In this document: positions 1 through 8,587 of the stretch, in pieces
How the letters are laid out: the number at the start of each line of letters is the position of its first letter
How positions within the stretch are numbered: position 1 is the stretch's first letter
Assembly: GCA_965219445.1 (NCBI GenBank)
Contig: CBDCNQ010000005.1
Coordinates: forward strand, 896,001-960,000
Direction of reading: 5' to 3'
DNA: 64,000 nucleotides
From: Longimicrobiales bacterium
GTDB taxonomy: Bacteria > Gemmatimonadota > Gemmatimonadetes > Longimicrobiales > Gaopeijiaceae
Translations under genes and position numbers: made by a program
Notes under the pieces: generated by a model
Told to the model about the DNA's origin: nothing
Databases searched by the model: none
The model's input: only the letters and a program-made list of their open reading frames with translations

Positions 1-209
1 ACCGCGGCGTACACCTCAGCCAGGATCACGCCGATCATGAAGTGGGCGATCCATCCCATGACCGCGCTCCCACCCATTTGGTCGGCAAGCATCTCCGCAG
101 GGTTCATCATGGGGATGCCCATCATGGGCGCTGCATAAAGACCGACGACCGTCATCATCACTGTCCCGATGATGCCGGCCAACGCGGCGCGCCCGAAGTT
201 CACGTTCAT
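1..209 (-). CDS. Membrane protein (DUF6789-like), 3' end runs off the window
   Basis: ATG at 209 with AGGAGG RBS; hydrophobic translation MNVNFGRAALAGIIGTVMMTVVGLYAAPMMGIPMMNPAEMLADQMGGSAVMGWIAHFMIG. Confidence 0.6.
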   Translation of the reverse strand, partial: MNVNFGRAALAGIIGTVMMTVVGLYAAPMMGIPMMNPAEMLADQMGGSAVMGWIAHFMIGVILAEVYAA

Positions 210-395
210 GCTTCCTCCTTTGTCTGGCCCCAGGAGGGGCCTGCTGGGTACCGGCGGGAGCGACTTCGTTCCTTACTGTAAGCTGAGGGCCCCGGAGTTG
301 CGAGTCGACCGAAGCCGGAACCGAGTGAGAGTTCGATCATCGACTGGAACATCACTGACGCCGCTCTTCAGGCGCTGAGCTCGGGGGCGTCAAGC

Positions 396-651
396 ATGGC
401 GCCGGGTGCCATCATCGTGAAAGAGAATTATATGCCCGACGGCACCCTGGCCGCCGTCACGACGATGTTCAAGGTGCGGGGTTACAAGCCCGACGTGAAC
501 GACTGGTTTTTCACCAAGCATCTCCCCAGCGGCGAGTTGGATCGAGCGCCCACCGGAATGGCCATGGAAGGGCGACTACCGGGTTGCACCAACTGCCACA
601 GGTGCAGACGAACGACTACGTGTTCACCAGCCAGCTAGGTGGGGGGACTTG
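396..651 (+). pseudogene. Cytochrome P460-family C-terminal fragment
   Basis: GAIIVKENY..MFK..NDWFF..CTNCH haem motif; NDYVF tail lies in another frame; N-terminus absent. Confidence 0.6.
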
Positions 652-821
652 AGGTTTCTCCAAAGTTGCCGTAACGGAGATCATCGCGCGGGAGTTCTTT
701 CTAGAGCAGGTCACCAGGGCCTTCGTCGGCGAGAACGTGACGACGAACGGCACGGTCGATAACATCGAACAGCTGCTAAGGGCCGCCGAGAGCTAGGTCC
801 CCCTGTCCAAGGAGCACCCCT

Positions 822-2546
822 GTGAAGAAACCATCAGTGTCCCAATATATCGTTTCCGCCCTCGCGCAAGCCGGAGTGCAGCGGGTGTACGGAATCGTCG
901 GCGATTCACTCAACGGAGTCACCGAAGCCGTCCGCCGTCATCCCGATGTGGAGTGGGTGTCCGTGCGGCACGAGGAAACCGCTGCATTCGCCGCCGCGGC
1001 CGAAGCTCAGCTGACCGGTCGGTTGGCCGTGTGCGCCGGCAGCAGCGGGCCCGGGTGTATTCACCTCGTCAACGGGCTGTACGATGCGCAGCGCAGCCTG
1101 GCGCCAGTGTTGGCGCTGGCGGCCCACATCCCCTCCACCGAGATCGGGACCGGATTCTTCCAGGAGTCCCATCCCGACCGGCTCTTCGTCGACTGCAGTC
1201 ATTATAGTGAGCTGATCTCCTCCCCCAGGCAGATGCTCCGCACGCTTCAGATTGCCATGCAGACCGCAATCACCCGGCGCGGGGTCGCCGTGGTCGTGCT
1301 GCCGGGAGATGTCGCGCTGGCCGAGATGACCGACATGGATCTGGCGCACCCCATCGCCGGGGACTGCTCGCGCAGCCAGCCATGTGACGACACCCTGGCC
1401 GAGCTCGCGGGTCTGTTGACCGGCAAGGCCAGGGTTACGATCCTCGCTGGCGCGGGGTGCGCGGGCGCCCACGGTCAGCTGCTGGAGGTGGCCGCCACTC
1501 TCAAGGCTCCGATCGTGCACACGCTACGGGGCAAGGAGCACGTCGCCTACGACAATCCATATGACGTGGGAATGACGGGCCTGATTGGTCTCCGCCCCGG
1601 CTACAAGGCGCTGGAGAGGTGCGATGTGCTCCTCATGCTGGGCACGGATTTCCCCTACGCCGACTGGTATCCCAAGGGAAAGACCATCATCCAGGTCGAT
1701 ATCGACGGGCAGCGCCTGGGACGCCGCTGCGGCCTGACCCTAGGGGTCCAAGCCGATGTAAGGGAGACGCTGACGGCTCTCCTGCCCCTCCTGGCAAAGA
1801 AAGAAGACTCCGGCCATCTGGATCAGGCGGTCAAGCAACACGTGTCCGCACGCAAACGCCTGGACAAGCACGTACGGAAATCGACGAAAGAGAAGCCGAT
1901 CCACCCCGAGTACCTGACGACCATCGTGAGCGAGCTGGCCAACCCCGACGCGGTGTTCACGGCGGATGTAGGGATGTGCACGGTCTGGGCAGCGCGGTAT
2001 TTGGAGATGACCAGGGAGCGCCGTCTGCTGGGTTCTTTTACCCACGGCTCGATGGCCAACGCCCTTCCCCAGGCGATCGGAGCTCAACTCTGCTATCCCG
2101 ATCGCCAGGTGATCTCACTCTCCGGAGATGGCGGGTTCACCATGCTGTTGGGGGATTTCATCACGCTGGTGCAGGGGGGGCTTCCGGTGAAGGTGGTGGT
2201 CTACAACAACAGCTCGCTCGCGATGGTCAAGCTCGAGCAGAACGTGGCTGGGCTCCCTGATTTCGGGACGCAGCTGGAGAATCCGAATTTCGCCAAGGTC
2301 GCCGAGGCGATGGGGGCGCGAGGAATCCGCGTGGAGGATCCAGGAGAAGTCAGATCTGCAGTGGCGTCCGCGCTAGAGACGGACGGCCCTGTCTTGCTGG
2401 ATGTGCTCACGAATCCTGGCGAACTCTCGATGCCTCCCAAGACGACGCTGAAGCAGGTCCAGGGATACAGTCTGTACCTGATCAAGGAGATCCTGGGCGG
2501 GCGCGCCGGCGGTGCGATCGAGTCACTTCGAAGCAGCCGTCGGTAG
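822..2546 (+). CDS. poxB: Thiamine-diphosphate-dependent pyruvate dehydrogenase/oxidase (PoxB family)
   Basis: GIVGDSLN, VRHEETAAFAA, SGPGxxHLxNGLYDA, GDGGFTMLLGD...NN TPP-binding motif; 574 aa. Confidence 0.9.
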   Translation: MKKPSVSQYIVSALAQAGVQRVYGIVGDSLNGVTEAVRRHPDVEWVSVRHEETAAFAAAAEAQLTGRLAVCAGSSGPGCIHLVNGLYDAQRSLAPVLALAAHIPSTEIGTGFFQESHPDRLFVDCSHYSELISSPRQMLRTLQIAMQTAITRRGVAVVVLPGDVALAEMTDMDLAHPIAGDCSRSQPCDDTLAELAGLLTGKARVTILAGAGCAGAHGQLLEVAATLKAPIVHTLRGKEHVAYDNPYDVGMTGLIGLRPGYKALERCDVLLMLGTDFPYADWYPKGKTIIQVDIDGQRLGRRCGLTLGVQADVRETLTALLPLLAKKEDSGHLDQAVKQHVSARKRLDKHVRKSTKEKPIHPEYLTTIVSELANPDAVFTADVGMCTVWAARYLEMTRERRLLGSFTHGSMANALPQAIGAQLCYPDRQVISLSGDGGFTMLLGDFITLVQGGLPVKVVVYNNSSLAMVKLEQNVAGLPDFGTQLENPNFAKVAEAMGARGIRVEDPGEVRSAVASALETDGPVLLDVLTNPGELSMPPKTTLKQVQGYSLYLIKEILGGRAGGAIESLRSSRR

Positions 2547-2734
2547 TGCATCCCGGGGAGGCCTCGTTACGCGCGCCCCCCGATGGATACCAAGCCTACC
2601 GAGACGCCATGTCCCCGTTGCTGGAACGAATCGGCGGTGGGTGCACGTCGCTGTGCACGTTCAGGTTTGAGACGGCCATGGAGTCGACCTGATCCGCACG
2701 ATACTGGCGCGTAGATTGGCTCGGTGCAGAGAAG

Positions 2735-2945
2735 GCTGTAACACTGGCTGTATCATCGCCCACCAGCGCTGACGAGCGCCCACGAGCGCAGATTCGCTGA
2801 AATACCCCTGATTCCAGCGCTGGCTGGCGCCCACGAGCGCTCGACTCATATCTGATAAGCGTGAGGTCGGTAGTTCGAGTCTACCCAGGCCCATTGTTGG
2901 GAATCGTTGCCCCTACTGCACATACCTTCGGTGGGGGCTTCGCTT
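2735..2945 (+). repeat. att-like repeat family A, copy 1 (arm repeats + tRNA-Ile 3' half + hairpin)
   Basis: 12-bp period GCTGTA(A/T)CA, 10-bp period CACSAGCGCN, tRNA fragment, then a GCCCC...GGGGC hairpin with a T-run. Confidence 0.8.
2852..2893 (+). tRNA. tRNA-Ile(GAT) 3'-half fragment (att core, not a full tRNA)
   Basis: CTGATAAGCGTGAGGTCGGTAGTTCGAGTCTACCCAGGCCCA: anticodon loop, T-arm and acceptor 3' strand; no D-arm or 5' strand. Confidence 0.85.
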
Positions 2946-3315
2946 TTTCTGCGTGTCAGGTCCTATGCTGTCAACTACCGCTGTCAATTGAGCCGCGAAA
3001 CGGCTTCCTCGGCTTGCTTCATGGCTGCCCTCATGTCCTCTAAATCCACCATATCGTAGATGCTGCTCAGGGTCTCGCGACAGGAGTCCTCGTGGGAGGA
3101 GTGAGCCCCACGTTGGACAGCTACGTGATCGGGTGGTAGGGAGCATCTTCGCTTCGGCAAGCGCTTTCCACTCGTGGGCGCCGACTTGATTGTGGCAACG
3201 CGCTCCAAGCGCTATGGTCCCGTAGCCGGTTGTTCGAGATCGCCAATGGAGCGGCGGGTGACGGGGCCAAGGCCCCGTACAGACGTACCTGCCCGCACTG
3301 ACTGGGAGGAACGGC

Positions 3316-4278
3316 ATGGACAGGGCATCACGTAGGCAGTTCATACAGCAGACAGGGACGCTGGCTGGCGGCGCCTTCGCCATGGGGCTGACACCGGGCG
3401 CCGCGGCCGCATCTGCGCAGGCGCCGTCACAGGCTTCGCCGCTGTCGAAGACTCAACAGCTCCGGGCCCTCCTGCGGAGGCAGGGCATGGTGATGGCGCC
3501 GGAGGGCTACACCGTGATCAGCGCCAAGCTCGCGGAGGCCCACGGCTTCGAGGCCATCTACATCGGCGGCAGCATGATGTGCGGGACGTACCTGGGGGTC
3601 CCGGACTGGGGTTTGATCACGCCGACCGCAATGGTCGACATCGCCGGGCGCATCGCCCGCGAGGTCTCCATCCCGGCCATCGTCGACGCCGATCACGGCG
3701 GCGAGACGGCGCTCAACGTGTATCACACGGTGCAGCAATATGAGAAGGCGGGAATCGCCGCCCTGCACATCGAGGACACACTCAACCCGAAGCATGCTGA
3801 CCAACGCGGAGCGGCGGTCACGCTCCAATCCCCAGAGCGGATGGCCGTTCGCATCCGTGCGGCGGTCGACGCCCGATCGGACCCCGACTTTGTGATCATC
3901 GCCCGCAGCGACGAGGCGGACCTCGACGCGCTCATCCGTAGAGGCAACGCTTACGCCGAGGCGGGAGCGGATGTCTACATGCCACGGAGGATGACGCCCG
4001 AGACGGTTGATCGGATCGCGGGTGAGGTTCCGATCCCACTCCTGGGCGTCAGCCTCCCGTTCCCAGAGGTCCGCGACACAAGGCTCAAGGTGAACGTCTA
4101 CGCCAATCTCCTGTCCGGTCCGGCAACGGCGCTTTGCGACACCTTGCTCCGGGAGCTCAAGGAGAATGGCGAGGTCTTGAGGACCCCGGAGCGCCGCTTG
4201 GAAGGGGAAATGGCGACTCGGCTGAGGAACGGGGAAACGTACAGCCAGCTCACAGAGAGGTGGACGGCTACGCCCTAG
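3316..4278 (+). CDS. Isocitrate lyase/PEP mutase family protein (oxaloacetate decarboxylase-like) with Tat signal
   Basis: SRRQFI Tat motif; GFEAIYIGGS, PDWG, IVDADHG, HIED, FVIIARSD, YAEAGAD. Confidence 0.85.
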   Translation: MDRASRRQFIQQTGTLAGGAFAMGLTPGAAAASAQAPSQASPLSKTQQLRALLRRQGMVMAPEGYTVISAKLAEAHGFEAIYIGGSMMCGTYLGVPDWGLITPTAMVDIAGRIAREVSIPAIVDADHGGETALNVYHTVQQYEKAGIAALHIEDTLNPKHADQRGAAVTLQSPERMAVRIRAAVDARSDPDFVIIARSDEADLDALIRRGNAYAEAGADVYMPRRMTPETVDRIAGEVPIPLLGVSLPFPEVRDTRLKVNVYANLLSGPATALCDTLLRELKENGEVLRTPERRLEGEMATRLRNGETYSQLTERWTATP

Positions 4279-4322
4279 AGCCGGGCCTTTCGGACTCTTG
4301 TTGCTTGGGAGGGAGTCGAAGC

Positions 4323-4835
4323 ATGCCCAAGACACGCACCGTCGTCGTTCCCCTTGGCTTTCTGGTTGCCGGGCTCGGTCTGAGTGGGGTCTCAACCAGC
4401 GCACAGTTCCGCCAACCGACGGCGGAGCTGACGCCCACGGTCGAGCAGCAGTCGATCGAGCCTGGCCAGACCGTGACACTCGTACTTAGGGTCGAGCTCC
4501 CAGAGAACATTCACGTGCAGTCGGACAAGCCGCGGGACCCCTTCGTCATTCCGACTGTTCTCACCTTCACGCTGCCCGAGGGCGTCACGGTGGAGGAGAC
4601 TACCTATCCGGCGTCCACCGACTTCCTTCTGGAGGGGTGGGAGGAGCCACTGGCGGTCTTCGAGCATGAGTTCACGATTGCGGTGCGACTGGCGCTGGAC
4701 ACAGAGGTCTCACCAGGCGAGATCATCGTGCTCGGAAGCTTTCTATACCAGGCATGCGACGACCGCGTCTGTTTCGCGCCGGCGACTGAAGCCGTCGAAT
4801 GGCATATGAACGTCGAACCGGCGGAACGCCGCTAG
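4323..4835 (+). CDS. DsbD N-terminal-domain protein
   Basis: Signal peptide; YQACDDRVCFAP motif. Confidence 0.8.
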   Translation: MPKTRTVVVPLGFLVAGLGLSGVSTSAQFRQPTAELTPTVEQQSIEPGQTVTLVLRVELPENIHVQSDKPRDPFVIPTVLTFTLPEGVTVEETTYPASTDFLLEGWEEPLAVFEHEFTIAVRLALDTEVSPGEIIVLGSFLYQACDDRVCFAPATEAVEWHMNVEPAERR

Positions 4836-4924
4836 TGGCGCACCGCACCAACTTCGGGTGGTGAAGGTCCCGCCGCGTTGACTCCCCGAACCGAGGTGCC
4901 TACAGTCACCGATCGGAGGGTGCC

Positions 4925-5869
4925 ATGAGACAGTTCAAAATCTTGACCATAACGTCCCTGCTGATCTGCCTGGTCTCGCCGTTGGCCCTGGTCGGCCAGT
5001 CGCGCAGCCTCATTTCACAGATGAGCGATCTGGCTTGGGCGGAAGAAGTCGATGAGGCCAGAGGTCTCCTCGAGTCCAGACGGGCCGATGGCGAGCAACC
5101 GACTCCAGAGTGGCTTGCCGCGGTCTCGTGGATGGCGCGTGGCGCGAGCTTCGCCGAGCGGTGGGACCTCGCGGAGCGGTACGCGAGCGAAGCGTACGAG
5201 GGCAGCCTCGCACTGTTGAAAGAGCGGCCGCTCGACGCGGAACGTTTCCTACCCACCGCCCTTGGGGCCGGGATCGAAGTGCTGGGTCACACGTACGACG
5301 CCCAGGGCGACCGCGCCCGGGCTGTCAATTTTCTGAGTACCGCGCGACAAGAGTTTGCGGGCACGTCGATCGAAACCCGAATTCAGAAGAACTTCCTCTT
5401 GCTCAGCTTGGAGGGGAAGCCGTTTCCTGTTCTCGAGGCCGATCAATACCTCGGTTCACCGCCACCAACGCCGGGTGAGCTAAAAGGCAAGGTCGTGCTG
5501 TTCTTCTTCTGGGCCCATTGGTGCCCGGACTGCAAGCGGCAGGAGCCAGTGCTGAGAGCACTGTACGAAGAGTACCATGACCGGGGACTGGTCATCGTCG
5601 GACCAACCCAACTCTACGGTTATATCTCCCGCGGGCAGAATGCGACGCCCGAAGAGGAGCTGGCGTATATCAACGGCGACTACTCGGCGCAATATCCGAT
5701 CCCGCCGTGGATGGCTGTACCGCTTAGCGCAGACAACTTCCTCAACTTCGGCGTCAGTACGACGCCGACGCTCGTCCTCGTCGATCGCGATGGCATCGTT
5801 CAGCGGTACAACCCGGGCGACTTGAGCGAGGAGGAACTGATCGCACTCATCGAACCCCTGCTCGGCTAG
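4925..5869 (+). CDS. TlpA-family thioredoxin-like disulfide reductase
   Basis: LKGKVVLFFFWAHWCPDC, FGVSTTPTLVLVDRDG; signal peptide. Confidence 0.85.
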   Translation: MRQFKILTITSLLICLVSPLALVGQSRSLISQMSDLAWAEEVDEARGLLESRRADGEQPTPEWLAAVSWMARGASFAERWDLAERYASEAYEGSLALLKERPLDAERFLPTALGAGIEVLGHTYDAQGDRARAVNFLSTARQEFAGTSIETRIQKNFLLLSLEGKPFPVLEADQYLGSPPPTPGELKGKVVLFFFWAHWCPDCKRQEPVLRALYEEYHDRGLVIVGPTQLYGYISRGQNATPEEELAYINGDYSAQYPIPPWMAVPLSADNFLNFGVSTTPTLVLVDRDGIVQRYNPGDLSEEELIALIEPLLG

Positions 5870-5889
5870 CCGGCTCAGTCCGCCGAGGC

Positions 5890-6093
5890 GGCGGCCAGCG
5901 ATGACTGGCGCCAGCCAGCGCAGATTTGGTGAAAACCCCCTGATTTCAGCGCTCACCAGCGCCCACGAGCGCTCGACTCGTATCTGATAAGCATGAGGTC
6001 GGTAGGTCGAGTCTACCCAGGCCATTGCTGTAAGTGACTGCCCCGCTTGGTATTATGGCCTGCGGGGCTTTGCTGTAACAAGAAAAGCGTGAG
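5890..6093 (+). repeat. att-like repeat family A, copy 2
   Basis: Same arm motifs and tRNA fragment as 2735-2945; GCCCCGC...GCGGGGC hairpin followed by GCTGTAACA. Confidence 0.8.
5984..6024 (+). tRNA. Degenerate tRNA-Ile(GAT) 3'-half fragment
   Basis: CTGATAAGCATGAGGTCGGTAGGTCGAGTCTACCCAGGCCA, a near copy of 2852-2893. Confidence 0.8.
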
Positions 6094-6234
6094 GGCAATA
6101 AGCCACCCGCCGATACGGCGGTATTCGCCGCGCCGTCCTGGCGTCGTGGCAGAAAAAGGTGTTACGGGCTGCGCAGCAGGCGGTACTGTTGAAGAGCCGG
6201 CTCCCGAAGCAAGACACGCCAGGAGTGGACTGGA

Positions 6235-7077
6235 ATGGACGACGAGACCGTAGGAACCGAGGGGACTCCGAGGAGGCCGAGGAGTAGGACCTTCGGCTTG
6301 AACGTGGAGCGACAATTCGCGTTCGCTGCGGCGACCGTGCTGTTTCTCGCGTGCGGGGGTGACGGTTTGACATCGGGCGATCCCACGGGCCCCGACGCGA
6401 ACGACCCGGTGGGACTGCCGCCGGTCGATCTCGCCCTTCCCGTGCCCGCCGCAGCCCTCCTTGAGGGGGCCATCGTGAACCCGTTCGGGGTTGTAAGAAG
6501 CTCTCTCGACTTGGTCGAATTGGGGCACTCGGGCATCGACCTCGTATCGGCCCAGGGCACCGCGATCTACGCAGTCGGCGATGGCGTAATCGTCTCCGCG
6601 GACGCTGCCACCGACGGGTTTCCAGGAGACGCTGTCCGTTTGCTCTTGAGCACGGACGCGCCACAAGGTGAGGGGTGGGTATTCTTGTACGAGCATATCT
6701 CTCTCTTGGCCGGCCTGGAGGTGGGCAGCACCGTTATGAGAGGTCAACAGATCGCGACGAATCCTCTCGAGATTGGCAGGTCCAACCATCTCGAATTGGC
6801 ATGGGTGTTCAATAACTTCCTGTTCCACCGGGACCAACGCTGCTGGGTCGTTCACCTCGAGGCCACGGAGCGTACCGCCCTCGAGGAGCGGTACAACAAC
6901 GTGCTCCGTATACACCCCGACTTCGTCGGGGTCTGGAGCCAAGTGGACTTCAACGAAGACATGCTCCCCTTCAAGGAGCTGCTCAACATCGCCACGTACA
7001 CGGATGGCCCGCAGATCTGCTACCCAAAGGGGACCGACGTGCGTGTTCCTGCCACGCCGGTGAGCGCACCCAGGTAG
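6235..7077 (+). CDS. M23 peptidase-like lipoprotein
   Basis: Lipobox FLAC; HSGID, AIYAVGDG, YEH and HLE motifs. Confidence 0.7.
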   Translation: MDDETVGTEGTPRRPRSRTFGLNVERQFAFAAATVLFLACGGDGLTSGDPTGPDANDPVGLPPVDLALPVPAAALLEGAIVNPFGVVRSSLDLVELGHSGIDLVSAQGTAIYAVGDGVIVSADAATDGFPGDAVRLLLSTDAPQGEGWVFLYEHISLLAGLEVGSTVMRGQQIATNPLEIGRSNHLELAWVFNNFLFHRDQRCWVVHLEATERTALEERYNNVLRIHPDFVGVWSQVDFNEDMLPFKELLNIATYTDGPQICYPKGTDVRVPATPVSAPR

Positions 7078-7225
7078 ACGTGATCATCCCGCCAACCAGG
7101 ATCCGTGTCATCGAGATAATGAATTCCATCCAGCCCATGTGAGGCTCCAGGAGCCTGACGTGCCCCCCAGGTGGGGTACCACTCCCCATGTCCGAACGCA
7201 GTCGCTCGAAGAGGCCGACGGGGCA

Positions 7226-8290
7226 TCAGTTTAACAGATTTTCAGCATTCCGATACGCAAATTTTTCCTGGACCGATAGATCAAGTTGTCCGATAAAGGC
7301 TCGAGCATAATCGACTAATTTCTCACCTACTTCTATATCCAAGGTCCATACGGCGATTCCACCGCGGTCCGTACCCCACAAGAATTGATCTGGATGTGTT
7401 TCTATCAGGACTTTCCATGTCGCCAGGTCTTGTGTAAGCAACGGCCCATAATCATCTAACGCGGCTAGAAAGCTGGCGGTACTCTCGCCAGGATGCAGCA
7501 AGTACTGATCCCCATAGAGATCGTTAGCTGTAAAGTAGACGTTGGGGTACTGCGCCATCAAAGCACCCACTTCGTTTTCTATCCCTTCTCCATGAACGAG
7601 AAAATTTAGTTCGGGATTATCTCTCAACGCGTTCGCAAGGTTGGTTTCCTGACCAGGACCAGGGTGAAAATACACAGCCAGATTGTGTTCTCTTACGACC
7701 TGGTAGATACCATCAAAGACAGGATCATCGGGGGGCACATCATCACCCACACCAGGTGTTCGCTCTGAGAGAGAGATTTCACCGTAACCTTGAAACAAAT
7801 TGGGTTGCATCGACAAAATATTGCTCAGTTCGCTTGATGTTGCCGTCGGCAAGGCCGAATTATTTCCGTGAGCATTGATAAACGGAACGAAGTGAGCCGG
7901 GTAAGTTTGCATAGTGCGCCTTACCAACTCGAGCTCTTGTCCCGGGGCATCTGATGGAACAGAAAAGAAGGTAAATACTTTGCTCGTACCCTCATGTCTT
8001 ATGGTGCAATCAATCTCAGTTATTGTAGTGTTTACCCCGAGCTCTGGGAATTGCGGACCTGGCGAGGGGCCGCCTGACAGTACCGGCATGTGAAAATGCG
8101 TATCAGTCAGTGGGCCCGCGTAGTAGGATGCATCGAGTTGTGGAGCTGTCACTGCAGGGCAAGTCGAAGGCGCAAAGGCAGCATCAATTTCACTACTTGA
8201 CCCCCCAGCATCAGTAATGCCCCCGTCATCACCACAAGAAATGATGAAAAAAGAGAACAATGGAATAGATAGTATGAGCCTTTTTGTCAT
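7226..8290 (-). CDS. Amidohydrolase_2-like metallo-hydrolase lipoprotein, lower GC than its flanks
   Basis: Lipobox IISC; DTHFH, GYGEI, FLWGTD, NAENL. Confidence 0.7.
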   Translation of the reverse strand: MTKRLILSIPLFSFFIISCGDDGGITDAGGSSSEIDAAFAPSTCPAVTAPQLDASYYAGPLTDTHFHMPVLSGGPSPGPQFPELGVNTTITEIDCTIRHEGTSKVFTFFSVPSDAPGQELELVRRTMQTYPAHFVPFINAHGNNSALPTATSSELSNILSMQPNLFQGYGEISLSERTPGVGDDVPPDDPVFDGIYQVVREHNLAVYFHPGPGQETNLANALRDNPELNFLVHGEGIENEVGALMAQYPNVYFTANDLYGDQYLLHPGESTASFLAALDDYGPLLTQDLATWKVLIETHPDQFLWGTDRGGIAVWTLDIEVGEKLVDYARAFIGQLDLSVQEKFAYRNAENLLN

Positions 8291-8425
8291 TTAATTGGTC
8301 TCCAAATGGCACTACGGCGGATGCGCCCTTGCCTTTCACAGTGCACACCAGCCGTGAGATTTGCGAGCCAATTCGACGGGTGCTGCCTCTCACGCCAAAG
8401 CGTTGATGGGATCTCGCGCTTGAGA

Positions 8426-8460
8426 CCTGCGGGGCTTCGCTGTAACAGAAAAAGCCTGAG
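8426..8460 (+). repeat. Family A right-arm remnant
   Basis: 31/35 identity to 6059-6093. Confidence 0.75.
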
Positions 8461-8587
8461 CGCTTCGACACTGTTCATGGTGGTGGCATCTGCGCTGTCG
8501 CCATGAGCGCCCATTGGACCCCCTGGCTCGCCTCGACTTGACGGACGTCGCCGTAGCCGGCGGGCACGCCTGTGCTAGATTCGCCGC

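Noticed and set aside
2820..2893. Full-length functional tRNA genes (also 5950-6024 and 18200-18277)
   Set aside because: Only the anticodon loop to 3' end is present; upstream sequence cannot form a D-arm or the 5' acceptor strand.
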